NCBI GenBank assembly: GCA_913040915.1
Contig: CAJWHW010000003.1
Location: forward strand, 9,701 to 73,700
Direction of reading: 5' to 3'
DNA length: 64,000 nucleotides
Source: an uncultured Fidelibacterota bacterium
GTDB lineage: Bacteria; Fidelibacterota; Marinisomatia; Marinisomatales; UBA1611
In this document: in pieces, positions 9,285-18,359 of the stretch
Position numbering within the stretch: position 1 is the stretch's first letter
Layout of the letters: each line of letters opens with the position of its first letter
Position numbers and translations under genes: made by a program
The notes under the pieces: generated by a model
Told to the model about the DNA's origin: nothing
The model's database searches: none
What the model saw: the letters and a program-made list of their open reading frames with translations, nothing else

Positions 9285-10811
9285 TTACTCCAAGTTAGTT
9301 TTGTTTAAAATATTATTTATCAATTCGCCTGTTATTATGGAGCCTAATATAAGATCAATTTCTTTCTTGTAGAACCTATCACCCGTACTATATCTACAAA
9401 ATGAATTTAAAAATTTTAGTACTGATCCAGTCCCCCTGCCAGGTTTTATACCATTTGATGCCTGGTAATTGGCAGCTCCTGCAATAAAAAGCTCAATTGC
9501 TAAAATATTGGCTATATTTTTTTGAATTTGGAATAGTTTCAAACCAGACCAGGGAGCCATACTTACAAAATCTTCATGCCCACCAGAAGTCGGTATAGAA
9601 TCAATACTTGCAGGATGTGCCAATGTTTTATTTTCAGAAACAAGTGCTGATGCTACTACATGCGGAATCATATAACCCGATTCTAGTCCAGGATTATTTG
9701 CGACAAAAGGCATGATCTTATGATCAATTCCTTTCATAAAATAATGAGATCTTCTTTCCGAAATAGCACCTAATTCAGACATTGCGATTGCTAGTATATC
9801 TAAAGACTGGGCTACATGCTCAGCATGAAAATGGCCTGAATTAGCAATTTTACCATTTGTTAAAACCAAAGGGTTATCACTTACACTATTTATTTCATTA
9901 TTAATTATATCTGCAGCCATAAAAAAACTGTCTCTACTGGCGCCATGGATATGTGGAATACATCGAAAACTGTAGGGATCCTGCACTATATCACAATTTT
10001 TGTGTGATTGGACAATTTTACTTCCATGAAGTAACTTGAGTATATTATTTGCTACAGTTCGTTGCCCAGGGTGCTTTTTAAGATATTGAATTTCTTTGTT
10101 AAATACATTTCTACTAGAAAAACTATTTTCAACAGATAAAGCACCAGCTATATCCGCAGTTTTTAGTAGCATCTCACCATCCAATAATGCTTTTATACCT
10201 AATGCTGTTGATACTTGAGTACCATTAATTAAGCTCAATCCTTCTTTTGGATGCAGTACTAAGGGTTTGATACCAGCCTTCTTTATTGCTGTACTCGCTG
10301 ACATTGTTCTGCCTTGATATAATACTGAACCTTCACCAACCATAGCAAGTGCCAGGTGTCCCAATGGCGCTAAATCTCCACTCGCCCCTACAGAACCTTT
10401 TTCTGGGATTATTGGTAAAACATCTTTATTTAAAAATTGAATTATTTTATTTGCAACTTGAGGACGAACACCGCTATAACCTTTTACATATGTTAATAAT
10501 TTTAAGATAAATATAGATCGTACAACTCCTGGTTCTAAAGGATCCCCAAAGCCAGAAGCATGACTGCGAACTAAATTCAATTGTAGTTGTTTTTGGTCTC
10601 GTGGCTTAATGGAATGCTGACTGAGTTTTCCAAAACCAGTATTTACGCCATAAATTATTTTTCCAGCTTCTATTTGACTAAGGAGAAGCTGACGTGATCT
10701 TTTTAAATTTTTGACTGATTCTTTGGTGATAGAAACCTTTACAGGTCCCTTAAAAAGTGGGGCAAAATCCTTATAAGAAAAAGAACGGGGTGAAATACTT
10801 AGGTTTTCCAT
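9285..10811 (-). CDS. hutH: Histidine ammonia-lyase
   Basis: 508 aa. It has the MIO-forming GSVGASGDLAPL motif, and the LVRSHASG segment has the Ser-His pair typical of HAL rather than PAL/TAL. Confidence 0.85.
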   Translation of the reverse strand: MENLSISPRSFSYKDFAPLFKGPVKVSITKESVKNLKRSRQLLLSQIEAGKIIYGVNTGFGKLSQHSIKPRDQKQLQLNLVRSHASGFGDPLEPGVVRSIFILKLLTYVKGYSGVRPQVANKIIQFLNKDVLPIIPEKGSVGASGDLAPLGHLALAMVGEGSVLYQGRTMSASTAIKKAGIKPLVLHPKEGLSLINGTQVSTALGIKALLDGEMLLKTADIAGALSVENSFSSRNVFNKEIQYLKKHPGQRTVANNILKLLHGSKIVQSHKNCDIVQDPYSFRCIPHIHGASRDSFFMAADIINNEINSVSDNPLVLTNGKIANSGHFHAEHVAQSLDILAIAMSELGAISERRSHYFMKGIDHKIMPFVANNPGLESGYMIPHVVASALVSENKTLAHPASIDSIPTSGGHEDFVSMAPWSGLKLFQIQKNIANILAIELFIAGAANYQASNGIKPGRGTGSVLKFLNSFCRYSTGDRFYKKEIDLILGSIITGELINNILNKTNLE

Positions 10812-10891
10812 CGACTAATTTAGGATTTTGTAACCTTTCATTCAAAATATTGTTAGGCAACATAATGAATCTATTACGATTAGGAAATAGT

Positions 10892-13705
10892 TTAAGATTG
10901 AATTGATTCCAAATGAGAGAAAACACTCATTTTTACAGGAATGGAATTAGCAAATATTTCGCCATATCGTTTTGTCACAATTCTATTATCTAAGCAAATA
11001 AATTTACCATTGTCATAGGTCGTTCTTATCAATCGACCAAATCCTTGCCGAAATCGGATAGCGCATTCTGGCAATGCATACTCCATGAAACTATTTCCAC
11101 CATACTTATTAATATAATCACCATAAGATTTAACTAAAGGTTCGGTTGGCACATCAAAGGGCAATTTAACTAATACTAGTATTTCTAATAGATCGCCAGG
11201 TAGGTCGACACCTTCCCAAAAACTGTTTGTACCAAATAAAATACCATCAGGTTGTTGATGCATTCCTTTAATAATTGCAGGCCTTGATGCACCTCTGATT
11301 TGGGCAAATAACGGTAAATCCCTACCACCTGGTTTTTCTCTTAGAAAATTTGCTGTATCGGAAAGTAACTTTCTTGATGTGAATAATACCATCATCCGTT
11401 TTCCATAGGTATTATGTAAATGATAAACTAAATCTGAAATTTTTTCTGGATTATTTGAAATTTCACTTAACCCACCATATTGATAGTAGTTTACCTGCTC
11501 TTCATATATAAAAGGGCTTGAAAATTCTTTTGTTATGATATTTTCTTGTTCAAAAAGTCCTGATCTTTTCAAAAAATAATCAAATTTATTATTAACCTTT
11601 AATGTTGCGGATGTTAGGAATGTGTGATCAAATCGACTAAAAAGCTTTGCATTGAGTGTTTCAGCAACATCTACTATAGATGCATGAAGAGAGATGATTA
11701 ATTTTTCATTAGAAGTATTTCGTTTAAAATAATCACCTTCCATCCAATAAACCCAATCTAAATCTTGATTCTCCGTCAATCGAATTAGGTTTGTCATGAG
11801 TCCCATTATTGTATCTGAGCTTCTATCCAGAACAGAATGTAGTACTGGGTATTCTGATCTTTTTGGGTCTAGTTCTAAAATTGCTTTTTTAAGTTGATCA
11901 AGAATTTTGAAGATTATTTCTAATCCCTGTTTTAAGGTAAATATTTCTGTCTGAACAAAATTATAGGTTTGCTCAATATTATTAAGTATAGGTTTATCTT
12001 GATAAGCTTTAGTAGGCGTAAACCTGTGTTGATTATCTTCGGCTAGATTAATCATAAAATCTTTTAAAATATTTTGGGCTTCCTTTATGGCATCCTTCAA
12101 TTCATTTCGCATTTTAGTAATACCGGGCTCTAGTTCCCCTATTTGATTGAGCATATTATTCCATCTAGCAGATCTGGGAAATGATGGATCTATTGATTGA
12201 AGTAAATGTGCTGTTCTCTTTTCACTCCAATCAGTTTTAAACTGATCATAAGCTGATTTAATGAGATTATGACTCTCATCTACAACTACAGCATTAAATT
12301 GAGGTAAAAAACCAGGAGATTCAGCTTCGGTCATCAATAAAGAATGATTTATCACAAGTATATTCGCTTTATAAATTTCAATTTTTAGTTTGCCATAGTA
12401 GCAACCATGGTTCCGGTTACAAACTTCTCCAGTACAAAATCCCGGTTCACTACAGATAGCAGATTTAAGCCATGTTCTCCTTGAATTCAGAAACCCTGAG
12501 CATTCGGAAAGGTCTCCAGTCTTCGTCCACTCTAGCCAGAAAAGTAATGGGAGTAATGCTTCTATATCAATTTCATCAAGGGTTTTATAATCCCCGATTA
12601 ACCAATTAAAACGAGTTTTACAAACATAATTGTTACGTCCCTTCATCATAACTGCTTTAATGGTCACATTTAGAGATTCTGCTAATAAGGGTAAATCTTT
12701 ATAAAATAACTGATCTTGCAAGGGTTTGGTATTGCAGGCAATTACAGTTGGACCATCTTCTTCTGATTGTAAAGACTTTTTAAAGGCGCCGAATAAGTAG
12801 GCTAATGATTTTCCCAAACCTGTACCTGCTTCAGCAACTCCAACAAACTTTTCACCATTTAAGACCGTTTCAGCCATTTCAGCATAAGAAACTTGATTTA
12901 AACGGTGTTCAAAATTTGGATGGACAGATGTCAATAAGCCATTAGGGCCAAAAACGTCTTTAGCCGAAATTTCAGAAATTGAGTTTTTACCTTGCCACCT
13001 AAATGTATTTCCATGGTAATCGTGTGTTAACTTTAAGTTAGTGAGACCTTGTTTCATGTCTCCCCTCTTCGTCAATTCATTGCCAAGGTCCACATATAAT
13101 TGTTTATTGGGAATTTCAGAACCTTTTATAAGGGATAAAACCTTTGAAATTACTTCCAGAGGATAACATGCTAAATGCTCAACCAACTTGATAAAAATAA
13201 GACCTGTATTTTCAGTATCTTTCTCAGCTCTATGGGCTCCTTTTGATGATAATCCAAAATGCTCTGATAATGCACTCAGATTAAAAACTGGTAAATCAAA
13301 ATATAACGATCGAGCTAACTGCAATGTGTCATATTTTAAATTATCGGGTTCATCTCTACCCAGTCTAGTACATAACTGACTTAAAAACTTTTCATCAAAA
13401 TGAATATTATGGGCGACTAGTGGATTATCACCCAAAAAGTGAAGAAAATCATCGACTATCAATTCTTCTGTCGGTGCTGTACTCACCATTTTATTTGAAA
13501 TGCCGGTGATCTCTGTGATCATTGGGGAGATATCTCTTTCTGGATTAATTAAAGATACAAATCGATCTGAAATTTCTCCATCGATAAAACGAATAGCAGC
13601 AATTTCAATAATTCGGTCATTATAGGGGTCTAAGCCTGTCGTCTCATAATCAAAAGCAGTGAATTGAGAAAGATTTAATTTTTGTAATACTTCTTTTATT
13701 TTCAA
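10892..13705 (-). CDS. dinG: DnaQ-like 3'-5' exonuclease fused to DinG/XPD-family ATP-dependent helicase
   Basis: 937 aa. The N-terminal domain carries Exo motifs FDYETTGLD, HNIHFDEKFL and HRAEKDTEN. The helicase part has AEAGTGLGKSLAYL (Walker A) and VVDESHNL (DEAH-like), plus a Cys-rich insert (VCKTRF...ECSG...CSEPGFCTGEVCNRNHGC) where the Fe-S domain would lie. Confidence 0.85.
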   Translation of the reverse strand: MKIKEVLQKLNLSQFTAFDYETTGLDPYNDRIIEIAAIRFIDGEISDRFVSLINPERDISPMITEITGISNKMVSTAPTEELIVDDFLHFLGDNPLVAHNIHFDEKFLSQLCTRLGRDEPDNLKYDTLQLARSLYFDLPVFNLSALSEHFGLSSKGAHRAEKDTENTGLIFIKLVEHLACYPLEVISKVLSLIKGSEIPNKQLYVDLGNELTKRGDMKQGLTNLKLTHDYHGNTFRWQGKNSISEISAKDVFGPNGLLTSVHPNFEHRLNQVSYAEMAETVLNGEKFVGVAEAGTGLGKSLAYLFGAFKKSLQSEEDGPTVIACNTKPLQDQLFYKDLPLLAESLNVTIKAVMMKGRNNYVCKTRFNWLIGDYKTLDEIDIEALLPLLFWLEWTKTGDLSECSGFLNSRRTWLKSAICSEPGFCTGEVCNRNHGCYYGKLKIEIYKANILVINHSLLMTEAESPGFLPQFNAVVVDESHNLIKSAYDQFKTDWSEKRTAHLLQSIDPSFPRSARWNNMLNQIGELEPGITKMRNELKDAIKEAQNILKDFMINLAEDNQHRFTPTKAYQDKPILNNIEQTYNFVQTEIFTLKQGLEIIFKILDQLKKAILELDPKRSEYPVLHSVLDRSSDTIMGLMTNLIRLTENQDLDWVYWMEGDYFKRNTSNEKLIISLHASIVDVAETLNAKLFSRFDHTFLTSATLKVNNKFDYFLKRSGLFEQENIITKEFSSPFIYEEQVNYYQYGGLSEISNNPEKISDLVYHLHNTYGKRMMVLFTSRKLLSDTANFLREKPGGRDLPLFAQIRGASRPAIIKGMHQQPDGILFGTNSFWEGVDLPGDLLEILVLVKLPFDVPTEPLVKSYGDYINKYGGNSFMEYALPECAIRFRQGFGRLIRTTYDNGKFICLDNRIVTKRYGEIFANSIPVKMSVFSHLESIQS

Positions 13706-13717
13706 TGGTTATTCAAA

Positions 13718-14932
13718 TCAGGAAAAAAGGATTTTAAAATAAAATAAAGGATTGGATAGTTCATCTTTTGGAATTTCATGTGATAACATTCCTGAGATGA
13801 TCTCTTGGACCTCTTCATTTCTGGCAGCTCGATTAATTACAAAGTTTAATAAAAAGCGTGACCTGGCAAGATTTTGTAATTTGGTGCTTGTCCTGAGTTC
13901 TTTACCAATTTCGTACCATAATAATTGATCATATTCGCTAAATGCATTTTTAGAATAATTTCCCGATGTTTTACTTTTTGCTGCAATCTGCATTGCATAT
14001 TTTGCAGATACCATTGCATTTCCAATCCCTTCACCTGTGAATGGATCAATCAAACCTGCCGCATCTCCTAACAGCATAAATCCATTCCCATGATTTTCCC
14101 TATGGATCCTTCCTAATGGTAAATTCCAACCAATTGGTTTTTCTAATTGTTTAGCTCCTTCAAATCGATCTTTGAAATATTCAGAATTTGTAATTTCATC
14201 CAAAATTTGTGTAAGCGTTCGACTATCTTTTTTGATATCATTTTTACTAAGACCTAAACCTATATTGGCAATACCATTTCCAGCTGGAAATAACCAAAAA
14301 TATCCTGGATTAACCTCCTTCACATAATGCAATTCTATTTGATCCTTAAGACCTTTTACACCTTCATAATAACAACGAATTGCAACTGAAGTGTTATCCA
14401 TATCCATTTCATACAGTCCTAACTTCCTAGCAACAATCGAATTATACCCATCACACCCCATTACAATCGATGCTTCAATTTTCTGTTTATCTCCTTTTTT
14501 TTTCCTACCTTCAATACCAACAACTCTTCCATTATCTTGAAGTAAGTCTGTTACAGAAAAACCCTGAATTGTATCGGTAACTTTTTCTGCTTGTTGGAAA
14601 AGAAAATGATCAAAAATCTCCCGTTTTATCACAAATCCTTTTGTGATATAATCATTCTTTTTTGAACCATTGAGATAAACATTAAAATTTTTATGACTTG
14701 GAGCGCCAAAGGTGATTCTATTGATAACTGCACCATCAAGATTTTCAATTTCTTCTAATAAATCAAGTTCACGGAATATTCTAACTGATTTTCCCGATAG
14801 AGCATCACCACATATCTTATCTCTTGGAAAGGTAGATTTATCAACTAATAGACACTTTAGGCCTGCTCTATGTGCATATAATGCGGCTGTAGAGCCAGCT
14901 GGACCAGCACCTACAATAATAACATCATACAT
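13718..14932 (-). CDS. Geranylgeranyl reductase-family FAD-dependent oxidoreductase
   Basis: 404 aa. It has the YDVIIVGAGPAGSTAA dinucleotide fold, the KICGDALS motif and LLGDAAGLIDPFTGEGI, as in the GGR/ChlP family. Confidence 0.8.
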   Translation of the reverse strand: MYDVIIVGAGPAGSTAALYAHRAGLKCLLVDKSTFPRDKICGDALSGKSVRIFRELDLLEEIENLDGAVINRITFGAPSHKNFNVYLNGSKKNDYITKGFVIKREIFDHFLFQQAEKVTDTIQGFSVTDLLQDNGRVVGIEGRKKKGDKQKIEASIVMGCDGYNSIVARKLGLYEMDMDNTSVAIRCYYEGVKGLKDQIELHYVKEVNPGYFWLFPAGNGIANIGLGLSKNDIKKDSRTLTQILDEITNSEYFKDRFEGAKQLEKPIGWNLPLGRIHRENHGNGFMLLGDAAGLIDPFTGEGIGNAMVSAKYAMQIAAKSKTSGNYSKNAFSEYDQLLWYEIGKELRTSTKLQNLARSRFLLNFVINRAARNEEVQEIISGMLSHEIPKDELSNPLFYFKILFS

Positions 14933-14934
14933 TT

Positions 14935-15747
14935 CTATAAATCATCAGAAAAATCCACACCAAAAGATGGATATACAATTCCATATCGAAAATAATTCAC
15001 AACTCTTAGCATGTAAAATAACAATGCAATTGGAATGAAAAACCAAGGCGCTCGAACACATAAAAACATAGCAAAAATAAATAGAGGATAAAATCTTACA
15101 CGCTGTAAATGACGGATTCGATTAGGCCAGATCAACGTAATAAGAGGAAAAGGTAAGGTAACCATTCCTGCCGTACTAATAATTGGGTCATCAAAATAAA
15201 AGCCTAAGATAACTGCTGCTGATAATGATAATGTTGAAAATAAAAAATTTTGTTCTTTTTGATCCCAGTCAAAATTATACCATTCACCCTTTGTCTCATC
15301 GTATTCAAGATTAACTTGAAAAGCAAATAAACATCCCATAAATGCAAAAACATATGGGGTGATTCCTATAAAATTTGCAATTGAAGCGCGATGATCTATC
15401 CATCCAATTAAAATTAAAAGTAAGGCTATGAAAGTATGGAGAAATATTTCACTTCCACTTAATCTCTTTAATCCAGCTATCCAAAAAGATTTTGGTTTTA
15501 AAATAAAATAAAATAAGACTGTTACAGCAATAAGCTTTATGAGTCCATATTCCCACCCAGTCCAATCCATGTAGACAAATCGGTTTTCCTGTCCTGAACC
15601 GAGTACAAATCCTGATACGGTTAAAGTCCAAATAGAGAATAATTGAGTGATGCTTATGGCATCTAGCTTTTTTCCAAAATCCGAAAAACGATTCCTGTTC
15701 CTATTGTAAAATTTTGAATCTGGTGGAAAAATTCGTTCAACAATCAT
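14935..15747 (-). CDS. Polytopic membrane protein of unknown function
   Basis: 270 aa with about 7-8 hydrophobic helices. I recognise no motif. It lies 2 nt upstream of the reductase gene and 3 nt downstream of the NSS transporter gene. Confidence 0.6.
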   Translation of the reverse strand: MIVERIFPPDSKFYNRNRNRFSDFGKKLDAISITQLFSIWTLTVSGFVLGSGQENRFVYMDWTGWEYGLIKLIAVTVLFYFILKPKSFWIAGLKRLSGSEIFLHTFIALLLILIGWIDHRASIANFIGITPYVFAFMGCLFAFQVNLEYDETKGEWYNFDWDQKEQNFLFSTLSLSAAVILGFYFDDPIISTAGMVTLPFPLITLIWPNRIRHLQRVRFYPLFIFAMFLCVRAPWFFIPIALLFYMLRVVNYFRYGIVYPSFGVDFSDDL

Positions 15748-15750
15748 TTT

Positions 15751-17118
15751 TTAACCAACTATAGGTGATCCGGTAACAAGCGAAATAATTTCATTTAGAA
15801 GAATAAAGCCTACCACAATTGCAGAAATTGAGAATAAAATTTTAACAAGCCCACCATCAATATCTTTATCCATCCCTTTTGATAAATCACGAATAAATTC
15901 AGATACTCCCCATTTGTAAAGAACAAATACTGCAGTCAAAAGTCCACCTATAGGCAGCATGTATTTTGATGATAAATAATCTAATACATCAAAGAAACTC
16001 ATATCAAAAATCGAAGTGATATTGAATGCTCCCATGGACAGAGAACAAAATACACCTACCACAGTCACGACTGATCCAAAAATTATGGTGGCTTTTTCAC
16101 GACCCCAGCCTTTTGCATCGATGAAATATGCTGTTATCACTTCTAAAATAGAAATTGCAGAAGTCAAAGCAGCCATAAATAATAGAAAGAAAAATAATGA
16201 TCCCCATATTGCACCACCAGCCAGTTTAGGAAAAATAGTTGGCAATACTATAAAAATGAGTCCAGCACCTTCGCTGGGATTAGCCCCCATAGCAAAAACA
16301 GTTGCAAATATCGCTACACCCGCCATCATAGCAATAAGCGTATCCAACATTATTATCCAAACAGCAGACGTCAATAAATTTTGATCTTCTTTTAGGTAAC
16401 TACCATATGTTATCATAGTTCCCATTCCTAAACTTAGAGTAAAAAATGAATGTCCTAATGCTAATACGATGCTTGATGCAGTTAAATCATCAAATTTAGG
16501 TTTAAATAAAAATTCCAATGCCTGTGCTCCATTTGGTAATGTTAAACCTCGTACCATGAGCATTACCAGAATAACTAAGATAGCAGGCATCATAATTTTT
16601 GTCCATTTTTCAATCCCTCCTTTTACTCCTTGTATGATAACAAAAATAGTGATTATCATAAAGATAATTTGCCAAAAAACAGGAGGAATTGTATCTGAAA
16701 TAAAATCTGAAAATAACTTACCTGAGACTTCAGGTTTCCCTGCTAAATCCTGAAAACCACCTGTCAGAGAAATAAGTGTATACTTCATTGTCCATCCCCC
16801 AACAACACCATAAAAGGATAGAATTACAAATGCCGATGCCACACCAAGCATTCCTACCCATTTCCAATTGGAATTTGGGGCAACGGTTGCAAAAGCGCCT
16901 ACAGGACTTAATTGCGTTTTTCTCCCTAACACAAATTCACCAATTACGATAGGCAGACCAACAACAAAAATGCAAAGTAAATAAACAACTGTGAATGCTG
17001 CCCCACCATTCTCACCCGCCATATGTGGATATTTCCAAATGTTTCCCAAACCTACTGCGGAACCCGATGCTGCTAAAATAAATCCTATTCTTGATCCCCA
17101 CTGCTCTCGATTATTCAT
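15751..17118 (-). CDS. Neurotransmitter:sodium symporter (NSS/SNF) family transporter
   Basis: 455 aa. The N-terminal WGSRIGFILAASGSAVGLGNIWKYP is the NSS hallmark, and the protein is multi-TM throughout. Confidence 0.9.
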   Translation of the reverse strand: MNNREQWGSRIGFILAASGSAVGLGNIWKYPHMAGENGGAAFTVVYLLCIFVVGLPIVIGEFVLGRKTQLSPVGAFATVAPNSNWKWVGMLGVASAFVILSFYGVVGGWTMKYTLISLTGGFQDLAGKPEVSGKLFSDFISDTIPPVFWQIIFMIITIFVIIQGVKGGIEKWTKIMMPAILVILVMLMVRGLTLPNGAQALEFLFKPKFDDLTASSIVLALGHSFFTLSLGMGTMITYGSYLKEDQNLLTSAVWIIMLDTLIAMMAGVAIFATVFAMGANPSEGAGLIFIVLPTIFPKLAGGAIWGSLFFFLLFMAALTSAISILEVITAYFIDAKGWGREKATIIFGSVVTVVGVFCSLSMGAFNITSIFDMSFFDVLDYLSSKYMLPIGGLLTAVFVLYKWGVSEFIRDLSKGMDKDIDGGLVKILFSISAIVVGFILLNEIISLVTGSPIVG

Positions 17119-17527
17119 TTATATTTTCTTCCTTCTCTTCATTTTCTATTGGACTTTCCATTACCTGATCGAATTTATCCAAGTGTGCATCTACAATAGC
17201 ATCAATCATACCGTAAACGTAAATAATTCCTATCCACCAAGCATATTTATTCCGTTTGGAAAGATAACGATACTTTGATAATTCACGATTCTTCAAATCA
17301 TAATTATTATATATGTTTTTATTTCGAGACCAAGCTTCATAAGCAGCATATTCTAAACTAATGATTATTAAAGATTTGACCCATTTACCGTTATATACCT
17401 GTCCCAACCCTGGTACGAGAGAAAAATAGAATGCTTTTCTTGGGCTTTTTGTTTGAATATTCTCTTTGGTATTAGCAAGGATAATTCCAGAAATCAAAAT
17501 TGTGCATATTAAATATTTATGATCCAT
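17111..17527 (-). CDS. Small membrane protein (DUF5683-like PGLGQxYN motif)
   Basis: The track ORF extends to 17554 and overlaps ridA by 19 nt. The ATG at 17527 (MDHKYLICTILISGIILA..., a signal or TM-like start) is more plausible. It contains VPGLGQVYNGKWVKS and an acidic C-terminus. Confidence 0.55.
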   Translation of the reverse strand: MDHKYLICTILISGIILANTKENIQTKSPRKAFYFSLVPGLGQVYNGKWVKSLIIISLEYAAYEAWSRNKNIYNNYDLKNRELSKYRYLSKRNKYAWWIGIIYVYGMIDAIVDAHLDKFDQVMESPIENEEKEENINE

Positions 17528-17535
17528 TGAATTAA

Positions 17536-17916
17536 CTAACCAAAAGCGATACATTCTATTTCAACCTTTGCCCCTAAAGGAAGAGCTGAAACTTCGACGG
17601 TAGATCTGGCTGGATAGTCAACATCACCAAAAAAATCTTTAAATGATTCATTTACATAATTAAAACCACCCAAATCAGTTAAAAATACTGTCAGTTTAAC
17701 TATATGAGTTTTATCTACTCCAGATTCTTTTAGTATCGCTTCAATATTTTGCAACGCTCGAAATGCTTCTGATTTAATTCCGCCTTCTACAAGTTTTTGC
17801 GTATAGTGATCAATTCCAAGTTGACCTGAAGTAAAAATAAAACCGTTATACTGTACTGCTTGATTATAGGTGCCAATTGCTGCAGGTGCAGCATTTGTTT
17901 GGATGATTTTCTTCAT
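17536..17916 (-). CDS. ridA: RidA/YjgF-family reactive intermediate deaminase
   Basis: 126 aa. It has APAAIGTYNQAV...GQLGID and the C-terminal ARSTVEVSALPLGAKVEIE, as in the RidA family. Confidence 0.9.
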   Translation of the reverse strand: MKKIIQTNAAPAAIGTYNQAVQYNGFIFTSGQLGIDHYTQKLVEGGIKSEAFRALQNIEAILKESGVDKTHIVKLTVFLTDLGGFNYVNESFKDFFGDVDYPARSTVEVSALPLGAKVEIECIAFG

Positions 17917-18356
17917 AATAGTGATTCAAGTTTGTTTTCTAGACATATACATGGAAGTCCTATGTCTTCATTAAGCTCTCTATATGCATCTCCGGAAAAT
18001 TTTCTTAGAAAAAATTCACCAACAGCAGCAACGGTTGTCTCAAATAAATGACCACCAACGGTTTTCATTTCATGATTGGATAATATAACATGAGCATGTA
18101 CAAATGGTTCTCCATCTTTTAAAGTCACATTCCCTTCATAGCTTACCAGTTCCCAGACATCATCAAAGTGATTTTGAAAATATTCTTTTTTTTCTGTATC
18201 ATAAGCACCAATTCCAGTTTCCTTTACCGCACCAATCCCTGAAATTTTTGCATTTTTAATATTTTGATCTTTACAAAATTGAGTTAAAGTACTCATAACT
18301 TTTTCATTTTTTTCAATATATATAAAATAATCTATACCTTTACATTGAAACTGCAT
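17913..18356 (-). CDS. PPC (DUF296) domain protein
   Basis: 147 aa. The pattern ISGIGAV...VSYEGNVT...PFVHAHVILS...VGGHL is typical of the PPC/DUF296 fold. It overlaps ridA by 4 nt. Confidence 0.65.
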   Translation of the reverse strand: MQFQCKGIDYFIYIEKNEKVMSTLTQFCKDQNIKNAKISGIGAVKETGIGAYDTEKKEYFQNHFDDVWELVSYEGNVTLKDGEPFVHAHVILSNHEMKTVGGHLFETTVAAVGEFFLRKFSGDAYRELNEDIGLPCICLENKLESLL

Positions 18357-18359
18357 CTT

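Noticed and set aside
14935-15747. The 270-aa membrane protein next to the geranylgeranyl reductase as a UbiA-type prenyltransferase (for example a DGGGP synthase).
   Set aside because: Size and topology fit. I could not find the two Asp-rich motifs (NxxxDxxxD and DxxxD) expected of the UbiA superfamily, so I kept it as unknown.
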